Assembly: GCA_002269645.1 (NCBI GenBank)
Contig: NIVC01003183.1
Span: forward strand, 1 to 61,633
Direction of reading: 5' to 3'
Origin: Macrostomum lignano
Taxonomy: Eukaryota
Length of the DNA: 61,633 nt
Shown: one piece after another, positions 1 through 12,866 of the stretch
Layout of the letters: each line of letters begins with the position of its first letter
How positions within the stretch are numbered: position 1 is the stretch's first letter
Translations under genes and position numbers: made by a program
Notes under the pieces: generated by a model
Seen by the model: the letters and a program-made list of their open reading frames with translations, nothing else
The model's database searches: none
Told to the model about the DNA's origin: nothing

Positions 1-99
1 GTGACTTCGGTAAGGCTGCCACATCTCAGATTCCATCTGCTTGATTCCAATGTCACACTCTTAAGCATTTCTACGAGTGTTTGATTCCAATGTCTCTGC

Positions 100-262
100 A
101 GTCCTGAGTCGATCTGTTCGATACAATGTCCAATGTCCCGATGTCCGATGCCTCAACGTTCAAATGTCCAATATCCCCAAAGTCGTATGTCCCAACGTCC
201 AATATCCAAATATCCCAATGTTCAATGTCCCTAGGTCCCAATTTCCAATATTCCAATGTCCA
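100..262. repeat. Degenerate short tandem repeat, CAATGTC(C)-like 7-8 bp units
   Basis: Recurrent caatgtc/ccaatatc/ccaacgtc units; explains spurious ORFs 71..256 and 77..292. Confidence 0.7.
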
Positions 263-1408
263 ATAACCAGTGGGTTGACTGACGGCTGTTAATTCTCAGA
301 TTGCAGTAGTTTTTGTGCAGCAGATGTTTCCCAGAATCACCTCGGTGGGTGAAAATTGGTTCAGTATAAAAACCGTCTTCAGCATTGTAAATGATAAGAG
401 CTCGCATTGAGCTCTAGATCGGTTACATTTGCCGGCACTGTAATGCGACAGAGGCAACTAGGCGGATTAATGCAGCTACTATCGAAGTGAGGCAGAACTG
501 TCCCAATATGATGATTAAATTACAAGCTGTTTCAGAACGGCTATGATACAAATCTAATTGAATTGTTAATATTGTTTTATAAATTACACTAATCGCTTTA
601 ATTAATAGACAGGAACGCAACAGACTAAACTCTTATAGGGTACGAATCTGTAAATGCATGCTTCTATCCACAATTATCAGTTCGGAATACTAGTATGCCT
701 AATATTAACTGTATCAAATTTCAACCAGCTTGAAAAGATAAAGTTGCTTGTAAAACAATTCTGCCGCAAATTCTCTTTGATGTCTGGATGATAAAAATGC
801 AAGAATCCAAGTTATCTAACGTTTAGCTGCGGCGGCATAGCAGCCAGATGCCCAGACGTAGTGCTCCACCAAGGCGCTGACTCCTGATATTGATTCCAGC
901 AGTTGCTCCCCTCAATGTACATTTACCCCAATGTACAACTTTGATCAGTGACTTATTTTCCTACCCTTATTATCGATCTAGCTTTCCTTTTCTTTGCATT
1001 AGCGGGAATTAAGTGTGAATTAATGACATCCGTGCTGGACAAAACAATACATGTACATAAATGATTATCCGGTGTACAATAATGCACTTGCTTAGTATGC
1101 ACTATATGTACATGTATCCTATAGTTTGTAGAATGTATGTTTAAAGACAGTTGAATAATGCAAAAAGCTACCGTTGCCGGTATGTCTGGGCAAAAATTAT
1201 AATGCAATGCCTTCGGCGACATCTTGACCCACAACACAACAGTGCAGAAGCAATTCCACTCATTCCACTGACTTCTGAGCACACCCACCACACGTTCTCA
1301 TAGTCAGGCATGTACACTCTCTGCGCCTTGGGGGGTTGGCCCTCATGAGTGCGAATCGCTCGACAACCCCTGTTCAAATCTTTGTGCACAAGCCCGGTTG
1401 AAATGAAT

Positions 1409-1480
1409 GCGGCCGCGCTCGGAATCGAACGTATGGCTAAGAGTCAGACGTGTTTACAACTGAGCTGCTATGCCCCCCGC
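1409..1480 (-). mobile_element. tRNA-derived (Lys-CTT-like) SINE head or tRNA pseudogene
   Basis: Minus strand reads GCATAGCAGCTCAGTTGTAAACACGTCTGACTCTTAGCCATACGTTCGATTCC: A-box-like AGCTCAGTTG, anticodon-loop-like GACTCTTAG, B-box GTTCGATTCC; variable arm shortened, no clean cloverleaf. Confidence 0.5.
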
Positions 1481-4400
1481 ATATACGGATTGGCAAATGC
1501 AAATTAGACTGGCACAAATGGAACGACAGACCTTTAAATATACGAGTAGGAAGTAGTGAGTACAGCTGAGCACTGATAGAAACAGAGATTGCTAATTCGA
1601 GCTGGCTGGTAGAAATGCGAGTAAAAAATGGCCTTTCTAAAAGGGGTCAAGACTCCGCACCACATCCGCGCCGTCTGAAGCCTTCCCCCCGGGGCTGCGA
1701 ATTTATTGATACAAGGCGACTCGAGCATATGAGGGGACCGCCTGTCAGTCTGTTTCTCTCCCGCGGCCAAAAACCGAAACCCCACTTCGGCATATAGCTC
1801 GTATAGCTTATATTCGCGCGATTGGTTGCCAGGCCTGTCCTGGAAATGCGATACATGTTTATGAGACTAGAATTGTGTTATACGACTCAATTTCCGTTTG
1901 GTAGTGCAACGATTGTTTTTTCGGCGACGACCATTTTGACAGCTCAGTAGATGCGGATATTAACACACTTAAGTGTCTATTGAGCAATGAGCGGTTTTAT
2001 TCTCTAGCTCACTGGCACAAGCGCGCAGGCTCTGGACTGGCAAAAAGGTAAACCTTGGCATAAACGCCGCACCGGCGCTGTCAATCTTTGGCACAAGCGC
2101 GCAGGCAAATGACGGCAGCCAGAGTCAGCAGTGCTCATTATCGCAACACATTTATTTGCTCAATTCCCCGAAGCGCTTCACACCGCTCACTCAGCAGGAG
2201 TCTTCTCTGGCAATACCGCTGACGTTTCTGTTTGTTTGTGCCAGGACTGGTGCTCATGAGGCTTTAGAACAATTGAAGATACAATTTAACAAGTGATCAA
2301 CTGCATTACGCACTACGTGGCTTCGTACATGTATTAATTAAAGTTGGCAAGCATTTTTGGACACATCGAGAGGAACAGGTAGACCGGGTCACCTCGGTTT
2401 GAACGAGATGTTTTCGCCAGTTCCACATTTGCTAAGCACTGCAGCGGACAAATGCGAAGAAAGCCATGCAAAGCCTATAACTAGGTTTGTTGCTGCTCAG
2501 TAATGCAGCAACGAATTTTTTAAGTTATTAGTTAAGTTAATAATTTTTTAACTTGTGCAGGGCTGCGCAAATAAACTCGTTTTAAGGTTTCCATCAAATT
2601 CAAACTTCCAACCGCTTCGTCCCCCCTCCCCCTTCCATTCTACTCTTGCAAAGAAGAGTAGAAGACTGACAGAAGGCTTCTTGTGCTCCAGGAGTGTATA
2701 GCTCATGCATGCGCAAGTTTTTTGCACACTGAGCCCAGAGCATTGCCTAACTGTCCCGCACAACCGGTTCAGCAAGCACACTGCTTACTCCGCAAGGCCT
2801 TTGTTCATTATTGCCTGAACAGTGCTCTAACAGGTGAATATCAAAATTTCAGGCCAGGCCACACGGCAAGGCCTGCTGCTGATGCTGTCTGGTGGGCACA
2901 AACAGAAGAAAATAGAACAGAAGAAGATAAGTCAATAATAGATCCCAGCATGGCTGCATCAATGTTTGCCAACACTTCTGTAGAGGCCTTCGCATTGCAG
3001 AGCTTAATATACAAGATAATTGCTTTCAGAATTTTCAAGGTATTGTACTGGTATGGGAGCACTCGAAGGACCTCACAATGAGCCAGCTGTCAACTGGAAG
3101 AGCAGCAAAGCTGTATGGCCAAGTCAATATACTCTCATTTTTCTCATTCTACTCGGTGTTGACTGTACAAGCTCGCGGCCACTTGCAGAGCGGTCCGATT
3201 CAATTGACTTCGATTTTCTCCTCAGATGCGCGACAGCCTCGCCATCAATCCGCGAGCAGCCAAACTTTTGCTCTGTGGCGGCCTCATTTCTCCCCATCAC
3301 TCTTCCACTATGCTTGCCTGTCACTTCATCATGACGACTTAGCGGGTCAACTCCATTTTTCCACTTTCATATTGCGGCCTGTTTTCTCTACCGATTCAGC
3401 CAAATTTAATCACTACACTCGGTGCTATAGCGAGCCCTCTTCACCAGCCATCATCAACGACTTGCATATGGCCAATCGATGCTTGAGAATTGACAGACAG
3501 GTCCACCACGGCTACCATGCCGTCAATTGCCGTCACATACACACACGGATAGGAGGAATTGAGTGCCAGGTAAACTACGAGTATGAACGCGAATTTTAGA
3601 TTAAAATTTGTAGCTACTAAATAATTAATTTATTGCAGCAGAATCGATAATCGTGCCCAGTAAAGTTTGACCTTACGAGGAATAGCGCGACAAAATTCAG
3701 TCAATAATCTTCCCCTAGCATTTAGAAGAAAGGCATATAAAGTGATGTCCGCTTAAATAAGCTTAATTGGCGATCTAGCGCTACATAATCAGGCAATTTC
3801 TCCTTATCCCAAAGGAATAATGCAAAAATGCACAATGCGCAGGACACCAATGCCTAACAAGCAGAATAGAAAGCCAACTAATTGACTTTTCGTGTGCAGC
3901 CGCGGTGGGTCGAGCAGGAAGAGGAAGAATGAAACCTGGAGCTGGGATATCACTGACACTTGATCTTCAGGGCATCCATGCTGACCGCCATTCAAAGTTA
4001 ACGAAGCACGTGACTGATAGTACAATGATAGGAAATTCGTAAACAATCTGAATGAGGCCAGCGGTGTGCTTTGGTGTGCGACAATAAAGCTGGCTTATTT
4101 CTGTTACACTACGACATTTGTTCAGCACATTAAGCTGTAAAGCACTTAACAGCAGAGAGGTGTTTGCGGTAATTCAAGTCTGGGGAGGCGATAAATCGGA
4201 TCCAGACTCCTCGTTTGTGGATGATATATTGACGAGTTAAGCCTGGGATCAAAGCAGTGCGCACTCACAGTTAACAGGAACCTCTAATCCGCAAGGGCGG
4301 GCATAAATTGTAGCAATTATTCAGTGCTGACTTGAATCTGCATGAATTCACGAACCTCTCTCGCAACAGAGACTAACAGCTACTCGACCTGTAGGCACAT

Positions 4401-5677
4401 TATAGAGCGTATGACAAAACTAATGAGCAAGATCGACTGATGATCCTACCTGGCTCACGTATCGAAAAAAGCTTACTGTTAATTCTTAAATTCTTAGTTA
4501 AGTACTTGAAAAGTTTGTACTAGCAGTGCTGGCAATACTTATTGTAAGCCGCTAAGCCACTGCATCCGTGACGCATAGCCTTCACTCAGACAATCATCAA
4601 ATTTAATATTTCGTGAAGCTTTGATTTGTCAACTTGAAAAAGTACTTTGCATCTGTTTTCTACCGTTATAGTTTCTTCGAATATACGAACTCATCAGAAT
4701 ATATGGCTTGGCAGGATTCAGTAACGATCAATTAGACGATCGAAGGAACAAGAAATGATAGGTTGTCAGCTCTCTTTTTCTGCTTTATTCTTTTTCGAGA
4801 AAGAAAGATAAGCCGATGAGATGGAGGAGGCGAACTTATTTAGCTTTAGGCCACTCGGCAAGGCCGGGAGCCGAGCTGCAGCAGCTGATTACTGCAATGC
4901 TAATACTTCGGTGCAGTTGCATTAATTAATTTATGGTGCAGGGCGCCAAGATTTTTTAACGGGGAAAGTTTTTTGTCTCATCAGCATTGAAAGTTGGTTA
5001 AGCTGCTTATGACTAAAAATAACCAGGCTTGACGACGAACAAACGATTTCAAGAACGAACTAGAGCCGGTGGGGCTGCCAGGAAACTGCAAGCCTACACA
5101 ATCTTTCATTTTCTCTCTTGCTTGAAGGCTTTAGTCATTCACAGTTGCAAGGGATTTAGTTCCATTACCCACTGACAGCGTGCATTGGTTAGGATATAAT
5201 GCATCGAACAGTCTTGAAAGGCACACGAATTGACTGAATCGTGTGCCTCACATTGCAGCCAAATGTGAGGGTGCACGAGTCGTATTTTTCGCTTATCTGT
5301 GCGAATGCCGCCGCGGTGCAGTTATTCAGATGGATTGAGGATTTCGAGCGAGGGGACATGTCTTGCGAGGCTGCAGACGCAGCCGGCTGATACATTCAGC
5401 TGTGTGGCGGCATCGCACGCCCTCAGCACATGGCGGCCATGAGGAGAAGCCTTCCCATAGTCGTGTTTACGCGGTGTTTACGCTGCCTAAACCTCTCCCT
5501 ATCCTGCTGCCATGCGTAGCGCAAGTCACTACTATCTGGCGATCCAGCGCAGCGTTCCATACGGCTGGTGCTGTAGCTCTAGCATCTGCATTACGAACGT
5601 ACACTTAATGCAACTCCAGTTGTGCCAGAAGTCTGGCCAATAAAAAAACTATTCCAAACGAAGTATCTAATTCACAG

Positions 5678-6130
5678 AACCGCACGGATTCACATCGATG
5701 CCACTAGAAACAGAAACCAACCGAGAAGAGTCCTTCAGAAACAGGCATTCGGCATTGAGAGTTGAAACTCATGTGCAGCGGAGATCGCCAAAGACCACAA
5801 AAAGCCGGGTCAATAAGAATGACAAGCTCCAATTGACCCGACCGGCAGGCAGACACGACTATCCAAGCGGAGCAGGCGAAGGCAGAGAGAGGCCCGTCTG
5901 CTTTAACCAGCCCTGCGGGCGATTCTCGGCGGATCAGCTCTGTGAAAGATTGAATTATCTGACAGACACCACAGGCCGTGAGTAGCTATAATATAAGTTC
6001 TGTTTCGCTTTAATGCACTTCAGCAGCAGCATCTTTGTGCACACGCGAGCAGCTGCCAATGCACTTTTTAGCTCCGTTGCTTGCTTGCGCCTGCACAAAA
6101 ATCATATCCATTCTCGAGTCGCTAGTCTGA
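5678..6130 (+). CDS. Candidate last two exons of an unrecognised gene (5678-5977, 6024-6130)
   Basis: ttcacag| acceptor, 300-nt open phase1-phase1 exon, GTGAGT donor, 46-nt intron ending cttcag|, in-frame exon ending in hydrophobic tail HFLAPLLACACTKIISILESLV*; no homology recognised. Confidence 0.35.
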
Positions 6131-7479
6131 TTGAATCTATGAACTTCTATGAGTGGTAGAATTACAGGTGTTGATAGAACAGGATAAAAGGCTTGATGGT
6201 GTGTCGATGCTTTTCCTAATATTTTTATTTGAATAAATTATCAAAGCAACGTGATTTTACACAACCGTATAATTATTATTAAGATAAATAACCCAAGCTA
6301 ATTAGCAATTCCTAACTGAGCCCACAGATACTAGAATAATAAGGCAACACAGACTGAGCCTTAAACAAAAGCGTCTGTTACCTGGGCTATAATTCAATCC
6401 AACACAGATAGATAGATAGATAGATAGGTTCATTGATTGATTGATATGTAGATAGTTTATCTGTCTTCTATCTATCTATTTATCTACATATCTATCCCCG
6501 AACGTAGCTCCCAACGCTTTACTCTCTAATTACTAAATCTAAAATGCAAAGATAATGAGCAAGATAAAACATCACAGTACATGTGCCACTTGGTGAGTCA
6601 AATTGTTGTGAAGTGTCCGATTGCAATAGTTAATAGTAGTGGGAAATTTTGTCCAGATCAAAATGCAACAACCTGTTTATTGTAGCTTGATGCTTGCTGA
6701 CTTAAATTATGCATTTTTATGCCCTCGCCTTGCTTTAATAATGGTAATAAAATAGAGATTTTGCATGGCATGACGGTTAATAAATTTTTGAGCTTGCACT
6801 ATAGCCAGAACAAAAAAATATTTAGACGCACAGTCTGCCTACTTTAGCAAATAAACCTGAAGTAGTCAGATAAGAAAATGCGGGAGCTAAATAGGCTGTG
6901 TGTTGCAAAATAAAATATAATTAAAAGTATAAACAATAGACGCAGACAGAAACTAGGTACGAAAAAGTTCAGCGAAAGATTCACCCAAATAGCACCAACT
7001 AAAATACAGCCGAAAATGCACAGAAGAAAACAATATAGAGAATAGTTGGAGCACATCGGTATTAGAACAGGATTGAAGTTGTTTTCTTTTATTAATTTTG
7101 GTTCGAGTATAATGTATATATACATGTATATGTGAGATATGTGAGTCATAAATAGGCCAAGTTTAGATGACAGTATGAAGGACAATAAATACATTGAACT
7201 GCAAGCTCGCAGTAAGCGGTTTCACAAGCTAAACAGACTGTGTATGAAAAATGCAACCCAAATGAACGGAAATGTTCAGCCAAATAAGATTTGAGCCTAA
7301 CCCGCTTGGACAGACTGGGAAGATAAAAAATTGGAATATTTACTAAGATAAAGTGAACAAAAGTATTAATAATTTTATAACTAATAATGCACACAAGATT
7401 GGCAGGTATATAGTAGTAGAATAGAGTAAAATATATTGCAAGCCCAACACAAAGCACCTACTACTTTAAGTAGCTTATA

Positions 7480-10322
7480 TCAATGCTTCTGACTGTTAAC
7501 AATCTTGCGCAGATTTGCGCCAGGCGGAGTGTTCCACACGGCGCTGCTGCTCCTTGGCGCCTTCTCAGCGGCCGCTGGGAACACCAGCTTCATTGTGGCT
7601 GCCAGGTCCAAGGTCTCAACTGGTTTGAACACCGACCACCAATGCGGACCGCGGAGGGTCTGCTTAGCGAAGAAGCGGTGCTTATGGTTGCCCTGCACCC
7701 AGCGAGGCAGCGCGTGCCGCGGCGCGTCCTCGTTATCGGTCTCGGCGTCCGAGTTCAGATCGTCAAGCGGATAGGTCTGCGGCGACGAGCGCGGCGGCGG
7801 GATCAGCTTCTTCTCGTAGGCGGTGGTTGGCACAAACGGCTGCGACACTTTCAGCGCCTCCGACTGCTTCTTCCAGGCTAGCTGGGACTCGCGCTCCTCA
7901 GCTTGCACTGCCGCTACCGCTTCCTCCGCCGCTTTGCGTCTGCGCTCGGCCTCCTCGGCCGCCGCCTTACGCTGCCGTTCCGCTTCCTCCTCTTTCGCTT
8001 TCCGATTTCGTTCAGCTTCTTCAGCTGCTTTTTTCTTTGCCTCTTCAGCAGCAGCCAACCGCTTCCGCTCTGCTTCTTCAGCCGCTCTTTTTCGTTCCGC
8101 TTCTTCCTCTGCCAATTTTCGTGCCGCCGATTGCTTGCGATCCGCCTCCTGCTTTTCGGCCAACTTTCTGCGCTCCTCCTCTTCAGCCGCTTTCCTTTCG
8201 CGCTCCGCCTCCTCATTTTTGCGCCGCTGTTCCTCCTGCTTTTTCTGCACTTCCTCGGCTTTGCGCTTCTCCTCGGCCTTGCGGTGCTCCTCCTCAGCTC
8301 GGCGCTTGCGCTCCGTCTCTTCGCGTCGTTTGGCCTCGGCCTGCAGAGTCTGCGCCACCCGGCCAGTCAGTTCAGTCTGCGCCAACTTCTGCGCAGACCT
8401 AGCCTGAACCTCCTGCTGACGCTTCTGCGCATTCTCCAGAACGCGTTTGCGCTTCTCCTCCTTGTCGCGAGCCTTCTGCGCGCGCAGCTCTTCGGCTTTC
8501 TCGCGGCGCTTGCGCAGGCGCTCCTCTTCGGCGCGCTCCTTCTCTTCTAGGAGGCGCCGGCGCTGTCGCTCCTCTGCGGCATCGTCAGAGGCGCGCGATA
8601 CGGCCGCTCCGCCGCCAGCATCGTGCGGCACCCGAGAGCGCGTCTTGCTACCCTGCGCCTTGCTGGTGGAGGCGGTGCCATACCGACCAGACGATTGCGG
8701 AGCCCCGGCGCCTCCGCTACACTGACCGGCGACCGGGGTGCGGCCAACAGCGGCGGCAGCGCAGCCATCGTCAACAGACATTAGAGAGACATTGGGGTCC
8801 ACTAGCTGGCAGCTGACATCCTCTGTCATGTACGACGAGCCGGCTGCTGCCTCCCTATTGACTGCCGGAGTTGAAATCGACGCCTTCTTGGCGCCTTTTG
8901 GCGACGAGGCGGCTGCAGCGGCGGCGCCGACAAAATGCGGAGCGACCAGTGGCGCGTGAAACTGACGTGATACGGCCGTGGCAGCCGGGGTCATGCAGGC
9001 CGGGGCCCGGTAAGGAGCTGCGCCGGCGGTGCGCTGCTTCTTTTTTTCAGCCTCGGCTGTGCCAACGATGCCGCGGGTGAACGGCGAGGCGGCCACGGGA
9101 GAGCGAAGCCGCTTTTTGGACGACTCGGCAACTGGAAGGGGGAGAGGAGATGTGGAATGAAAGAAAGATGGCTACTCACCCACTCTACCACTACCACAGC
9201 AGTCAGCACTGAAGCTACTCACCCACTCTACAACAGCAGCCAGTCAGCACTAAAGCTACTCACCCACTCTACAACAGCAGCCAGTCAGCACTAAAGCTAC
9301 TCACCCACTCTACAACAGCAGCCAGTCAGCACTAAAGCTACTCACCCACTCTACAACAGCAGCCAGTCAGCACTGAAGCTACTCACCCACTGAACCCCAG
9401 CAGGCAGTCAGCACTGAAGCTACTCACCCACTCTACAACAGCAGCCAGTCAGCACTGAAGCTACTCACCCACTCTACAACAGCAGCCAGTCAGCACTGAA
9501 GCTACTCACCCACTGAACCCCAGCAGGCAGTCAGCACTGAAGCTACTCACCCACTCTACAACAGCAGCCAGTCAGCACTGAAGCTACTCACCCACTGAAC
9601 CCCAGCAGGCAGTCAGCACTAAAGCTACTCACCCACTCTACAACAGCAGCCAGTCAGCACTGAAGCTACTCACCCACTCTACAACAGCAGCCAGTCAGCA
9701 CTAAAGCTACTCACCCACTCTACAACAGCAGCCAGTCAGCACTGAAGCTACTCACCCACTCTACAACAGCAGCCAGTCAGCACTGAAGCTACTCACCCAC
9801 TCTGCCAGCGGCGGCCGGCCGTCCCCTAGCAGACGTGCTATTAGTAGAAATAGCAGCTGACGCAGCCGCGGCCGCCGCTCGCCCGGTGCGGGTGCTGCGA
9901 GCCGGAGCAGCGGAGGCGGCCGCGACAGCCCGAGTACGCGTGGTCCTGGCGCCAGCGCCAGTAGTGTTAGACGCCGCATTGGCGCCATTAATAGGACTAC
10001 GCGAGCGCCGTTTTGAACTGGCCTGAACGCCGAGCATTTCAACGCTAAGCGGGCCATAAATATCGTCAGCCCCAATAGTAGCCGTGGTCGCTGTTGACAA
10101 GTTCGAAGCGGCAGTGGCGCCGATTCGCTTAGCTTTTTTCTTGGGCTTCGGAGTCTTAGTGGGCAGGGGATTCAAGTTGCGACCCTCAACGAGGCCGGGC
10201 ATCCGTTCAAATGCCTGCTCCAGGAAGGCCAACTGCTCGCTATAGAGCTTCTCCGTGGCCTCCTCGGCCTTCAGACGCCAGCGGAGAAGTCCCAGACCGG
10301 GAAATGTAGGGCAGTTGGCCAT
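7480..10322 (-). CDS. INCENP: Inner centromere protein (chromosomal passenger complex); exons 10322-9797 and 9131-7480, ~725 aa
   Basis: C-terminal IN-box (ETDNED..LPRW...LDL...RSSSAVWNTPP), long E/R/K single-alpha-helix region, helical N-terminus; phase-1 intron GTGAGT...cttccag joins frames. Confidence 0.93.
9165..9802. repeat. 41-bp minisatellite (~16 units, two variants) filling INCENP intron 1
   Basis: Unit CAGCACTGAAGCTACTCACCCACTCTACAACAGCAGCCAGT; variant ...CCCACTGAACCCCAGCAGGCAGT. Confidence 0.95.
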
Positions 10323-11057
10323 GGCTTTGCTTTGGAGCAGCAATGTGTTAAAATTATCTATGCTAGACTGTCGATGTTCACTTAGTTAGATGGTCAGATT
10401 TTTGAAATTTTAGTCTGAACTTTAAGACGTGAAAGTAGAATTTGATGGGCTGTAGGCTATATTAGAACTTGGTGGCAACCTATAGTCCTGAGCTGCAGTC
10501 TATATTACTCGTAGAACTTGGTTGCAACCTATAGTCCTGAGCTGCAGTCTATAAGTACCAAATAAATGCATCCTAGAAAAAGCTGGCTTTCTTTCTTTGC
10601 CATAGATGCTTGAAGCTTTATGCATCAATGTATCAAGCAATTTAAAAAATTACTATTTGCAAAACTAAGCCTTGACCACAAAGCATATTTTAGGTATTTT
10701 AGATATTTTAGGTACCTAACCATGCATATATAACTGCTAGCCAACCTGGCAAATCCAGCATTGTAAATAAAAGCTGACAGAGAAAAAAATGCAAAATTGA
10801 TGAATTTTTAGTCCCTATTGGAATAAATATTGAAAATCTATAGACACATTTTAGAATCATATATAAGTGATTTTTTTTTCACTTTAGCATTGTATGAAAA
10901 AAATTCCCATAGAACTATACCTGTTCTACCTGCAATTAAAAGCTATCAATCAATATAAATATATACTACCAGCATATCAATGAAGCAACATTGCATTTGT
11001 ACAAAATCAAGGCCTATAGATAAGTAAAAGTAGAAATCTAAATTTATTATAACCACT

Positions 11058-11645
11058 TTCAATCCCTATTGGAATAAATGTTGAAAACCCGCGGACGCGC
11101 GCTTTAGAATAGAGTCAAATTATTTTCCCATGCTTTAGGATTATTAGAGATGTCCCGAAAGAGCAGTTTCCTCGAAATCAAAATTCGTTAACTTTCCAAA
11201 CTCAAAATTGAAATTTTCCGAAATCAAAATGCAGAAAAACAAAGTTTAGTATGACCAATACTCACTTTTTACATTCGATTTACTGCTTATGCAAAATGAA
11301 ATACACGTATATGTAGCAGAAATTACTGCTTCTTTAGCGATTTTTTTAGCGATATATTTAGCGATTTTTTAGACGCTTCCAAATTTTGACTTCTAATTTT
11401 ATTCGAAATTGAAATTTGCTCCTAATAAAAATTCTAATTTTGGAAAATTCAAATTGAAATTTCGGAACATCTCTAAGCTTTATAAATAATAAGTGTATAG
11501 GCCCCTTCCACAGAGGTATTAGATGACCCCTTTCCATGCATATGTATTTGCTAGAGCAGCAGCCAGCAAGAAAAGGCAGCGAAAAAAATTTCAAAAGTGC
11601 GCCGGATGCCGTCCGCGGATTTACAACTTTTTCCTATAGGACTTT
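11058..11645. mobile_element. Degenerate outer MITE with imperfect inverted ends
   Basis: aatccctattggaataaatgttgaaaacccgcggacg (~11060) vs reverse complement of cgtccgcggatttacaactttttcctataggact (~11610-11643); older related copy near 10810. Confidence 0.45.
11145..11475. mobile_element. hAT-type MITE nested in the outer element
   Basis: TIRs TAGAGATGTCCCGAAA / TTTCGGAACATCTCTA; 8-bp flanks aggattat vs agctttat (6/8 match, degenerate TSD). Confidence 0.65.
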
Positions 11646-11903
11646 CAATCAAAAAAGTTGATAAAATTATCTTTTCACTTTTTAGGCAATAACAAAAAGC
11701 ATGGAAATCTAGTTATCAGGCAAAGATCTAGAAAACTTTTGAGGGGTGGGGGCAAGCTATACTAGGCACTACAACCCAATATTAGAAAATAGACCTAGCA
11801 TAGTTGCAGGGAAAAAAGTATGCCCAACATTTTCTTGGCTGCAGCTAAAGGGACAGTAATATCAATAATATGATATTCTACTGGTGATAGCATAGTATAT
11901 AAC

Positions 11904-12165
11904 ATACATGCGCAACCTCCAAAATTCAATCAGCCGTGCGACTTAGTTTTAACAAAACTGCGACGTAGTTTTTGGCCAGAAATGAGACTTGCATGTAAAA
12001 AAACCGTAAAGCAAAATTAACGCAACTTTGGGTAAACGGCAGGAGTAACTATAACTGTCTTATTAAGCCAAAATGCCTCGTCAGCTACTTAGTACTACTA
12101 CTTTGGTGTTTATTGGGTGGGTATTTTTGCAACTTCCTTGGTTGGCCGCCAAATCGGTCAGCCGG
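11904..12165 (+). repeat. ~260-bp dispersed repeat, copy 1, containing a 28S rRNA-like segment at 12030-12093
   Basis: GGGTAAACGGCAGGAGTAACTATAACTGTCTTATTAAGCCAAAATGCCTCGTCAGCTACTTAGT resembles LSU GGGTAAACGGCGGGAGTAACTATGACTCTCTTAAGGTAGCCAAATGCCTCGTCATCTAATTAGT; flanks are non-rRNA. Confidence 0.8.
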
Positions 12166-12866
12166 ATCGGCTGACTCGGCGGACTGTTGCGCATGTATGG
12201 TATATAATATCAAGAATTAGACATTCCTTTGTTTTTTGATATTTGAAATGTTTCATAAAAGTTAGACAAAATTAATTTCTAGAAATCAAAGAGTACTACT
12301 TTTATTTGAGTTTAATAAATAGATTCTAAAAAAATGTATTAAATTCTTAGAAATAGTATATAATAACTTCTGTAATATAATACCCTAGGCTAGGCCCTCC
12401 TAACAAAGTTTTGTCACAATGAGTATTGCAATAAGGCCTATAACTATAATAGCAATATTAGAATAATAATATTTATAATATTTAAGTATTATTCCAATCA
12501 TTATGAAAATGTTAACCAATAGAACTAATTTATAGACATTAATACTAGACTGAACTTTGCAAATGCAGTTTTAAAAGAAAATCAATGTTGGCCTTAGATA
12601 TCTATTCAAGTTTGGTATCCCCAGTTATGCACCATTTGCATTGAATTAGATAAAGGTAAATATTATTTTTATGTTCATATCATTTGTCTTTTTATACATA
12701 TACATATAATGTATATCTAAATATACTAAATATATACTATAAATTTTAAAATTGTAGCCTTACAGTAAATTAAGTCATGTCTATTACTCTTTTAGGCCTA
12801 CAATAACTTGTAAACTTAAAGTTCTGGTACCTAAACTAAAAAATAGCATTATCATGTTTAACTATT

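Noticed and set aside
2930-3345. IID...FRIFK segment like a voltage sensor, and an iGluR pre-M1-like stretch
   Set aside because: Short matches, no periodic arginines, interrupted by a stop at 3079-3081; not distinguishable from chance
5189-5460. TSP1-like WEGFSSWPPCAEAC and cystine-knot-like minus-strand fragments
   Set aside because: Bounded by stops, no supporting splice sites, incomplete Cys pattern
7483-9209. Many overlapping ORFs antisense or alternate to INCENP (similarly at NOSIP, PIGU, CCDC181, Rac)
   Set aside because: Expected shadows of GC-rich, low-complexity coding sequence
9165-9802. Recursive splicing through the INCENP array
   Set aside because: Units have AG and GT motifs but not as an adjacent AG|GT ratchet point (5 nt AGTGG intervene)
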